DNA from: Kudoa neothunni
Taxonomy: Eukaryota > Animalia > Cnidaria
DNA: 64,000 bases
Assembly (NCBI GenBank): GCA_964304625.1
Contig: OZ199839.1
Coordinates: 5,138,698 to 5,202,697 of the forward strand
Direction: 5' to 3'
This document shows, piece by piece, positions 52,831 to 64,000 of the stretch. A program made the position numbers and the translations under genes. How positions within the stretch are numbered: position 1 is the stretch's first letter; every line of letters begins with the position of its first letter. The notes beneath the pieces were generated by a model that ran no database searches, was not told the origin of the DNA, and was given only the letters and a program-made list of their open reading frames with translations.

Positions 52831-53375
52831 TATTTTTTTAAAATTTTCTTTAAAAAGTTTTTGTTTGTTATTTTAAACGATTTAAGCTAAAATGAAAAAA
52901 GATTAATGATTTTTTTGGTGTGATTGAACTAGTACTCAATCAACAAATAAATAAACATAACAAAAATTCGATTATGTTCTTTTTTCGTTATAACCATTTA
53001 AAAATGATTGTAGGGTTTATACGCTTTATAAAAATACAATAAATGTGCAACATTTGTAATGACAAATAGATTAAATAAAATGGTGAAAAACGAACTAACT
53101 TCGTGTAAAAATTATTTTAATATTTTTTTATCTAAAATTTTCCTCGGAAAATAATAATCATTTTACTAAAAATTCATCCATATTTTTATTTTGTATTCGT
53201 GCGCAAGCGCTTGTATTATTTTTAACAAGCCATAAAATATAAAAATATTGAATTATAAACTTCTCCAAATTAAAAAAACATATTGAATACAAAAATATTT
53301 TATTCAGAAAATTTAATCGAAAATTAACAACGAAATTTTGAGTTTATAACAAACATGCGCTGACAACTTTTACCA

Positions 53376-56300
53376 ATGAGTACCGTTATTTATGAGTTGG
53401 AGCCGGTAGGAAGGTTCAGAGTTAACAACAATCGAGTATTTGTGTTTCAATCTGACTCTATTTTCAACTGTATAAAGGACAATGTGGAAGTTATTGTGAA
53501 AACGTACTTTAGATGGTTTAGAAATTGTAAGTCGGCTGTATGTCGGTGTGTTTTAAGTTTATCAATTTAATTTTAGATTTGTAACTACTATAAAATTAAT
53601 GCAATCGTTTGGTTGAATTTAATATTTGTAGCAATAATTGCGATGACCAAGACGACGACAAACTTCCACACATTGAAAATTCCACATTTCAAAAAAGCAT
53701 GGTTTATTTGGATTGCTCACCGTATGTGCTTTATTGAAATAATCACGTAATCTATAATAATGCCAAAGATGCAACAGATATTTGGCAATTGGTGTTTATG
53801 GCGTTGTCTTGATCTAGTATAATGTCGTTGATTTAAATGTTTTATTGATTAAAAACAAATAGCGATGTATATGCCGATAAATACGATCGACCGATGAAAC
53901 ATACCTGTAGATATTTTGTTGTTTTATTTTGTTTATCATTGTCAAATTATAAACAGTCGAGAGAGAAGAGATTCAATTAGACCTACCTAAACAACTTTGC
54001 TGGAGTAATGACAGTTCAATCGTGGCTCTGTTTTCCAAGTAATATGCTCATTTTTAAATCTAAGCTGTAAATAGTTGTAAAGAGCTAACCTTAAGATTAT
54101 AATCCTTTCCACCGGCGTTTCTCCCCCGATTTATAACAAAGAAGACAATTTATCGGAAACTATGGTTACTTTCCATCCTTAACCATTTTTATAATATGTG
54201 TTTAATGAATGTAGTGTGTGTTGTCGATGGAATTATTTGTTGAGGAATTTCAAATGCAAATCAAGCTTATTAGTTTTCATTTCATTGATCGATACGCTTT
54301 CGCACTGTTTGAAAATGGTGTTGCTTACTTGTTTAAAGTAGAATGTTTTAAGAGATATGCTGAGTAATTTGTTAACGCCGTATTTAAAAATTACATTGGC
54401 GCTATTAGAGATGGGAAGCTAGACCACATTAGTTTTTCTAAACAATTGATTTGTGAGTGTGGTGTTCAGTTCAATGCCGATGTTGTACACAACTACCACA
54501 ACAACAAATTCTACCTCTTCAACTATTCGAAAAGTTACTCGATGAGTTGTTGTAGCAGTAACAACTGCTTCAGGTGTTGTTATAATATGAAATGCAGCGA
54601 AATTGTTATTACGGAAGATAATTCGTTGGGTCCAACTGTGGAGTTGATAGCTTGCGGCCAGCAATCTACAACTCATAATGTACTACACTAAAGTTACATT
54701 AATCGTAGTAACTCATTCTTTCGGTAGACCTATCAAGGAATGAAACTCTACACCAAAACTTTTAAGGAATTCCTTACCGGCAGCAATAATAACAATCGAC
54801 AAGTTTTTAAATTCATTAATACTTTCTGTTGTAATTCAGCTAAAAGAAACATATTCACACAATCAAATATCATCCATTCAATGCGGAAAAATGTATCATT
54901 CTATATACCAACAACACATTGCAATGTATTGATATTATAACACTAACTGTGGAATATACTCTCGATCTCAACGATCGTAACTATCAATCAAGCAACACCA
55001 AAAGTAACGCCGCATTAAACTACCAAAGTTATTACTTTATTAGAAATTCGCTTTATCAGTGTCACATGGAGTGACCATGGGGTAATTAGAGCGTTTCTTA
55101 AACTCTATTAAATTAAATAAATTAGAGTTTGGTTCTTTGTGACATGGATGGCGGTGTTCATTTGTTACGTTTGGCTAACAGGTAATTTCGAATGAGGCTT
55201 TATTCACAATCAAATTTGTTGTTAAAAAACATTTCTCTTCGCCCGCATTAATATATTCTAGCTTGGACAGCTAGAACTTGTAAATTTTAATTTTGGAGCT
55301 TTCTGTTTTAGATTGATTAATTTTTCAATATTCGTAAAAATATACGATTACAACGCTTATGAGATTCAATAAAAAATATTTTATTAATAAAATTATTATT
55401 ATATTTTCTAACTTAATCATCAAATATGTCTTTACAAATATTATTTGAGCGTTTGTGGTACGTTGTTTATTCATCCATCTATTTATTTTTTGTTCATGAA
55501 GATTGTATCATCCCTGTTGTAAATTTTTTACGATCTTCTCGTAACTGTTTTTAAAACAATTTCTAATACGACTTCTGTCTAAATGTGAATGAACAGTTGT
55601 ATCGCCAATAAAGTGACCTAAAGAATTCTTCAAAATAATCTTTTATTTGATTTAATAAATCATTCACAAGTGAAATGATTAACATAGAGTATTATAACCG
55701 CAATTGTTCTCTATCTCTGTATTTTTTTGATTCTTATTATTTCTTAGGCGTTCCTTATGTGGTAAATTTTAAAAAATATTAATTCATGATAGTTTTTTAT
55801 TATAAATGATTAATTTTTGAACACTAATAGGTGAATTTGGATATTTTCGTGGTAAATAATATAAGATGTTAGTTTTTATTACATTTAATTATTTCAATCT
55901 GACCACCACTCTTAGAGGCCATAAATCATATCTTTATCTTTATATATAAAGCTGGCGTGTTTGAGTAAATACATTATTTATACCAGGGGTTTTAATGTAT
56001 TTTACTTAATAAGCGTACTTTGAACGTTCTATGGACGACATTAGATATAACAAAAAGTCTAGATTATTCTTAATTAATAGAGATGTATAATGCGTTTTAT
56101 AATCAGATAGATAGAAGATTAAGCTGTATAATACATGCACTCTGTCCGTAGATTTAATTAAAATTGTCTGTTATGTTGACATTGTAGTGATCATATTAAA
56201 TGCAGGCAATTGTACGTTTACTTCATCTAATTTGTTGAATTATTTATGCTAATATTGACGTGATTTGAAGCTTTTTGTGGGAAAGAGTGCATTAAATTCC

Positions 56301-59300
56301 ATCTCGAGCCAGAGGATACTTTGGGCAATAAAAAATAATGTTCTTAAGTTTTCTCCTATCTATATCTTTTTCTATTTTCCCCTTCTTTAAATAGTTTCGC
56401 ATAAGGTCCTGAGCCGGGTTAGAACTCGATTTTGAAGAATCCCAGGACCGAAAAAATAACGTTCCAAATAGCACTATGTGGGTATTTGAATGATTCGGGA
56501 ATGCCAACAAATAACGCTGATATTTAATTATTTAGCGTTAGTTGGGGGCCACAGAATTATTAGTTGAGTGCGGGGATTAGTACACCGTTGCCCAGAAATC
56601 ATCATGTTTATAATTTCTTTAATTACACTCATTAAAAGTATGCTGTCTCAAATTACCTTAATTTTGCTGTTTCTATGGATTAATTTGAAAAGTTAATATC
56701 GTTTTTTGAATGTTTTTAAAAATTTCTCCATGCATAATATTCCCAAACAACACTGGGAGGTTCACGCCAGTAATTGAATAAATCATATTCAATAAAATTA
56801 AATTAAATTTCGATTACGCGTGTGTCGATGCCATTAAGAATTAACCCTTAAAAGCTAACCTTGGGTTTCATGCACCCACCCCTTCGTTATTTAGTTGTGA
56901 GAATTGTTGTTTTGTGAAGTGTCGTATTTTTTCAAATAATTTTATTTCATCATTCGATTGTTAATATTTTTTTAAAAAATCTTTCAAAATTCTGGAGAAA
57001 TATAAAAAAATATATAATTTTAACAAAATTTATGAAAAAAATAATATTAAGCTGCATCTGTGGAATCCAAAGTTTGTTTTTTCCTGCAGAATTTACCATT
57101 TGTCGAATGCATTACTATTGTTGACCATTATAAACTTAACTGAATGTTTAGGCCTGAAAATTAATTTAATGACAAAAATGAAATAAAATACTAAATTTAA
57201 ACGCATTGCACGACACTCATTTGCATAATATTTAAATATATTCTTGTGGATAATCACTAACGACACAAATAGTTAAGCAAACTTAATAATAATTGTAAGG
57301 TAAACTTTAAATTACATGATATCGATATTTAAATATACATTATTACTTTTGAGTTATTTTGCTTTGTTTATCATTGTTATACCCTCAGATATAATTTAAT
57401 TATACATATTTCTAACCACAAATTTTTATTTTAATTTTCAAACCGTGTGTTTAATCCATTATATATTTTAAATTCTTACCAAAAATAACATTTTTATCAT
57501 TGTATATTAATAAATTATATGCACTGAATGTAAAAGATAAAAAATATTGATACCCGAATTTTGAAGAATTTATATTATTGCCAGTGAAAATAGCCCCAAT
57601 TTTTTTAATCTTTTGGAAACATCAACTTAATTAATTAATGCACATTTAGATTTTCTGACTAAAATTGCCACAACTTTTGTACATCTAGCTGATTTTGCAA
57701 CCACCAGTTTATTCCAGGATAGGTTTTTCTATCTTACGGTAGGTGATTCTATTTAATCTACTGACATCTAACTTACAATATCGGTATATAGGTGGATGAG
57801 AACTTACGCAGAGAATCCACTTCCAAGTATCATACTCATATGCATGTAATCAATATTTTATGTTTAATCTGTCACCAGCAATGGAAACAACAGTCCCTCA
57901 TCGTTATGTCGATTGTATGTGATGAGACCACAAACAATTCAGGAGTATTACCATCAAAAAGTAGATTCTATAACATTCCCTGAAAATTTTACTATGGCAA
58001 TAATAAAAAATCTGCATAGATATTAAATCAAGAATTTGAACAAGCGGAAAGTTTGGCAACTGAACACGCATTGGACAAGAGTTTCATCTACAAAGAGAAA
58101 TGGTTGATTTCCGAGAAAAACATTGACGATATAAACGCTTTATTTGTAACTTGATGTAAAGTAGTTTCCATATAATAGAGATATTGTAGGAAAAATTGTG
58201 GACCAATGATAACATTGATTGGGTTATGAATCAGTGCGTAGATTTCAGCTCTAACAAAGGTGAAAACTACTGCAGAATCTACGATTTAGCGTTAAAATGC
58301 TGTTGTGATTATTCGCCGTCATCTCCTAAACTAGTCTATTTTTATCGTCTGATGATAATCTATCGTTACAGACTGGAATTCTATTTGGCATGTGTTAGGT
58401 TGAAAAATCTCCCTTTTAGCAGTCGATATTTTGATCGTTTCAAATCAATCGACATTTTTTGAGTATGTTTGCAATTTGTGCGAAAGTGGAAGAGATATTG
58501 AAGTTGTAAAATTGTTCTTCAACTATTTCTACTTTGACATCCAACAATATCATCTTATTTGTATGGCAATGTTCCCACCATGCTTGGATGTTTCTCTTTA
58601 TGAGGATTTGTTGTTACCATGCGATTGTGGGAAATTCACAGTGAATACGAGGGAATTTTGTGAATCTGTTCCATCAAATTCCTATCTCAATCCATCTACT
58701 ATTTTGTTTGATCATACTAACAAATCATCACAGCCAATGCCTTATCCATCTCATCTCTCTCAATTTAAGTTCGTTTTAATAATCAATTTAAGCTAGGATG
58801 TATTTTATTTGGTTAGATTGGAAAAATTCGAACCAATTCCTTGATACCGTTACTATCGAAACTGTCGTAGTCGACTGGTACAAATGGATGATCAAATACA
58901 TAGACACTTCAACTGGTCTTTTTGCGAATGATTATAGATTGTGTTGCTATGGGTTTCATCAGAAAAATTTATCCAAACTTGAGAAGATACACAATGATCT
59001 AAGCGTTCTAAATGTTATTGTTCATAAGGTGTGTTATTACAATTAGTCGAGAAAATTTTATAAATTAATAGTACAAATGTGTGAGGATGAATCTGGATCA
59101 GCTGTATCGAATAAACTGAGCGATTTATTACGCCAGATTGTTCAAATTGAAGAATTTGGATATTTTTTCCGAGATTATTCTAGTAAATTTTATCAGAGAT
59201 AATTATGTTTTTTCGAAAGAAGACACACTTAAAAGTATCAGATAATTCCAATACGGAAATAATATTTTTAAACTGACGAATAATATAAAAATTAATTTAA

Positions 59301-62300
59301 AATAGATATAAAAAAATATCAGAGCGTATTTTTGAAGAGTGTTGTTGAATTGAGTGAATATAATTTGGAGTTTCTGTCGACATTTGTGGATAAAACCGAA
59401 CATCTTATTTCTGAAGTTTGTTATCATTAGATCTATTTTGGTTTATTTTAAATCTAGGTTCATTCTGTTTTCAACTCAAGATTCGTGACCGTTTTGATTG
59501 CGGTTGTACTTAGAAATACTCAATGGTAATTTTATGTGTGGTTATTCTTTATCACATTGGGATAGCTTTTATCACGCGGTCCCAAAAAATATTGTTGATC
59601 ATATGAAAAAAATTTCATCTAATAAAAATCAACCTGCTCAAGTCAATACAAGCGAAACCGACTCAAATTCTAAATATTTGAGTGGTGTTGCTGATTTTGA
59701 ATTTTTCTTGAAGTAATTTACTTGTAACAATGTGACTCAACGCCTTTTTATATTTTTCAGATTTTGCCAACTTATCAGTTTTTATTTTTTTGACATTCCC
59801 TCCAACATAATACTTCATCACAAAGTATTTTAATAATTTTCGATTGATATGGAAACGTTGTTTAGGATAATCCAACTATAAAACTGTACAAAACTATAAT
59901 CTACGAGTTTGTTAGAGTGTCTCAGAATTTCGACGTAGAATTCAAAACCAAATTTTGGGTGGTTTTTATTCAGTTTTTGACCAATGATTTTGTGGATACA
60001 ATGGAAGATGTGTCCAACGTTGAGTTGATTCAAAAATTTAAGTCTGCCACTTTTCAAGTATTACTACAGATAGATTTAATTAGAAATTATTTTATTTTAC
60101 AGACATGCATGTCTGTGCTGCTCGACAATAATGAGGATATAAATCAAATGTGGCCGTTTTTGGAAAAATTTTGTCAACTTCAACCTCATTATTCTCCATC
60201 CGATAATTTACCGAATTTACTGGAGTACTGTTTGGTGAGAGGTTTGATTGGTGAGCATGTTCAAAAACTTTTAACACTGTCCAACGACACAGTCAGTTAT
60301 TCTCTTATCTATCCGCAGTTATTGTATATAGAGCAGTTGATTATTTTTGAAGTTAATTTTATTAATTTCCTTAGCAAATTTATCGAGTATTCAAATGAAA
60401 ATCACTATTTTGAGGATGTGGAACTCTTTTCTAAGTTAAAGCTAGCGATACAGGCTTGTAATTTGGTCAAAAAAATTGATCCTTCCTATTTGATCACTCC
60501 TGCAGAATGTATTTGCTTGAATTGTGAACGTTATTCAACGAATAATTCTATTGCTAGTGGTATTTTTGGATAACTTGGAAGAATGGGCCCGTAATTTTCT
60601 CTGCCAACATCCTCATAGCGATAGAGATTCCCTGGATCAGGTAAACTCGAAATCTATAAAATATGTCAATTTTTTTTATTGCGAAGATTATGGATTTGTT
60701 CCTAATGTTGTTGCCCAACTCCAACCCCAATGATGTTCGTATCAATGTTTATGAGACCTTGGTTGCTCATTTCTATCGGTCGAATAACTACATAGAAGCT
60801 GACTATTTTTGTCAATTGGCTATAAATCAAGGCAGTGTCTCAATTTGGAAATACTGTAAATTGCTATCTTCCAATGCTACAGAGATTTCTACTGAAAATA
60901 AGTATCGATGTTTAATTCTAATTAATTCACTCATTCATTTTAAATATTTAGATCGTTTCTTTTGAACTATGCTTTAAAAGTATGCCCAAAAGAAGAAATT
61001 TTGCCAATTTTAGATTCGCTTGATTCTTTTGAAAGTTCCACTGAAAATTTATCGTTTAATGTTTGTTCATCGTACGTGAAAATTGATATTAGTTCATATG
61101 TTTTTAGGCGCCACCTCATCATGATCCGTTGCATTTTTATAACCTAACAAAAATTTCCAACTTGGCTTCTTTTGAAAAATTCACCCCTGATAACTTGGAT
61201 GCTTTTGAAGAATGTAACTAATAAATTTAATTCTTATAAAAGAGAATAAAATTGGTTTATATATCAACGAAGATTAACTAATTTTTGTATATTAATAAAA
61301 TATATAAAAATTCGCTTTATTTATTAAACTATGCTTAAAAATAAATATAACTCAAAAATTCATTTATTCAGTGCTCACGCGAAAAATAGAATGAACGTTT
61401 TAATTGAAAAAATTCATCAGTTAATAAGAGAATAGATTATTTTCACGAATTTTAATTTCTTTTTATAAATTATAAATTTTGATTTGTAATGTTAATTACT
61501 ATAGAAAAATTCTAATATTTTTTTATTGATTTAATTATTAAATAAATGTATTTTGATTATTTAGGGTTTAAAAAATATTTCCCAATTACCGCCAAATACG
61601 CCAACCAACCCTGCATACTATCGTTTCTACTCTTGGCCATCGATTACAATGTAAAAATAATTAACCCATCTATTTAATAAGCATATTTTAGTTGATTGAG
61701 AAAGAGGAGATCCTCCGAGTGTGCTTAAATCAAACAATAAATTTGTTTTGCGCAGTTATGATTTATGTATCATTCAAATTAACGCCTTCAATCTGCTGCT
61801 CGTTCGAAGTAGTGAAAACCTCCCCTTTTGAACTGCTGCTTTCGAATGTATCAAAAATAAACCAACTTAACGTTGAAAATCATCAAAGATTTATGAAACT
61901 CGTCAGTAGCACTTGTTTTTACACTTTTTATGAGTGTTATCAACTCAAGTTAATTTCCTTACACACTGGATTGATGATTGATACCGAAAACTTCATCCTC
62001 AATACCATCTACCAACAGAATATTCTTAAACAACTAGTCAAGTAAATTACCTATGGTTATTTTTTAAAATATTTTATATTAATCTCTCCTGTTTATTAAT
62101 AGAAACAACTACCACATCTTTCTTGAGATATCTTCATTTCATCAATACCTTTCATCGCTATTTAAGCATTTTTCTACATCAGCCGAGTTAGACAAATTCA
62201 CAATCAGTTGCCTATCAAACAACAACGATATGTTGATTGAAAGATGTGTTGGTATTGTGAAAAATTCTGTATTGACTATCGACGAAATGAATGATCAGTT

Positions 62301-64000
62301 TTTGGCTCTCAAACCCCAGTACAAACTACCATTAGATAATGAGAATGTTCAAAGTTTTTTGGATATTTGGACTGAATTGGATGCCAATCATTTGTTGTTG
62401 CTATTTCAGTGGATGCAACAGTTGTTTTCTAACAACACTCTTCTAATTGTAAATTAATATATGCTTTACATTCGTTGAATTTTTAAAATATTTTGTTAGA
62501 ATAACGGCTCCATAAGTGATCACATCAAATGGTTGAAACGCTTGAAGTCTAGTTGCCCAGGTATGTTTATGGACATTTACTATCACAACATTACTGCAGA
62601 TTTGATGTATACATTATTTTTATAGGAATAAAGTACCATGAGTTATGTTTGCTCGAGAATCCACTTCAAGGATCGCTTCGATATCAATTGAATAATGAGA
62701 ATCTGTTTATTCTGTGTCGAATTCTCACGACGCAATTTCCTTTTCTGTTGAAACCCCTCAATAAATGCATGATAATTTGTGCCTACGTCAGAGCTTGTAT
62801 CGAAAACAAAGTTGTTGAATACGAAAAGGAAGCTTACCACTCCGATGCCGACTTTATCAATGGCAGCTATGTTTTAGTTGATGATAAACTCAAACTCCTT
62901 CTAAAACAATACTCCGATCAACAGCATACTTGTGATTTGGTCCAAGAATTAATAACTGACACTGACAGATTCTCAATCGCTGTTCGTGTGTTGTTGTTGA
63001 AAACCTTCAACACGCTCATTAATGAGTATTATCATATTGAGCAGAAATTTATGTTTGAATTAGAGTTGTTGTTAAAACTTTTTCAACTGTACAACTATGA
63101 TGAGTCAAATGTACATTATAGGGTAATTTTCCATTCCCCACTCAAACTCAAATGTGTTGTTATTATAGTAGATTTTGTTTAAATTGATTTTTAGGAGTGT
63201 ATTAGAAACTTGGACACCAATCTACACCAAAAACAACATTCCATCAATCAACTCTGTGAAATGATGTTGATGGATGAGTTCAACGGCGACAATGGGTTTA
63301 TGTTTATCAATTGTATCCAAATTCTGGCTAGTAAATTTTCGCTCTCCGTTCCCACTATTATGGAATTGGTTTTGGAGGGTTGCCACAATTTTATTCTTTC
63401 CAACCCGTAATTAATTCGTATTATTAATTCATACTTTACTTTTCTACTACTTTCATATCTTATTAAATAGTTCAAAATATCGGATATTTTTAATTGGAAA
63501 TCAATTTGTAAAACTCTTTCTTATTCGAAGACAAATGGAAAATGAGCATTTCCACGATAAACTAGAAAATATTCTTCATCAAAATACATTCGTTGCGTTG
63601 TGCACCGCCACAGCAAACAATAGCGAATCCTTCGAGGATGCAGGCGATTTCGTTGTAAACTTATCCAATCTTTTAACTAGAAATCATCGTTACTTCCATC
63701 ATTATGATGATTTGGCTGTGTATTTCGCAATTCGGCAAGTTCTCGTACATTTCCCCGATTTTGGCCATCGCAATGTTTGTTACTTCCATTTTTAGTGTAT
63801 TTTTAAGCGAATGAATTTTGTTTTAGTACGCTATGGCAATTGAAAGAAAATCCGACCTCATGGAAACAATCTTTTTGGAGTTGTTAGATTGTTCTCAGAA
63901 TTTGATTCAAAAAACAACATTCTGCCAATTGTTTATCAAACTCGTCCCACACCTCTCACTTTGTTTGTCTAACAGATTTGAGTAGTTTACCGATTAATAA
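53376..64000 (+). CDS. NBAS: NBAS/Sec39 (NRZ tethering subunit), multi-exon, continues beyond window; large TE-containing intron ~55182-57650
   Basis: Collinear matches to NBAS segments as recalled: CWSNDSSIVALF; EFEQAESLATEHALDKSFIYKEKW..DWVMNQC; YRYRLEFY; FDRFKSIDIF..VVKLFFNYF..MFPPCLDVSLYEDLL.P; VVDWYKWMIKYIDTSTG..LEKIHNDLSVLNVIV. Confidence 0.85.
55931..56770 (+). mobile_element. Non-autonomous Helitron in NBAS intron
   Basis: A|TCTTTATCTTTATATATAAAG start, body homologous to ~34530-35286, 3' hairpin TCCCA-AACAACAC-TGGGA then CCAG|T (mutated CTAG). Confidence 0.75.
56845..56890. mobile_element. Possible isolated piggyBac terminus
   Basis: TTAA|CCCTTAAAAG followed by a GGGTTTCATGCACCC motif; no partner end found. 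Confidence 0.3.

Noticed and set aside
1-64000. CRISPR arrays, rRNA or prokaryotic operons
   Set aside because: None seen; the sequence is intron-containing eukaryotic DNA.

Overview
AT-rich eukaryotic (metazoan) DNA with divergent proteins, many short GT-AG introns and a dense load of decayed, nested transposons. The style suggests a reduced parasitic animal such as a myxozoan, but that is inference only. Host genes: talin (FERM F2/F3 to I/LWEQ, 1-12122), NAPE-PLD (17126-18591), a compact 6-exon transformer-2 (26332-27213), a Ser/Thr-rich single-pass membrane gene (~36.9-37.6 kb, minus) and NBAS/Sec39 (53376 to window end). The most unusual feature is a signal-peptide-bearing CD39/E-NTPDase homologue (45829-43478, minus), largely missed by the ORF track. 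It has open exons, conserved cysteines and CD39-like intron phases, but its ACR1/2/4 catalytic motifs are replaced, so it is a candidate pseudo-enzyme; a probable decayed paralogue lies upstream. Mobile DNA includes several piggyBacs (one confirmed by an empty-site paralogue), non-autonomous and chimeric Helitrons, a tRNA-SINE with a 14-bp TSD, a Tc1/IS630-type element, pogo, three hATs, a complete MULE with ~260-bp TIRs and a 9-bp TSD, and two TGTTA..TAACA solo-LTR-like inserts.
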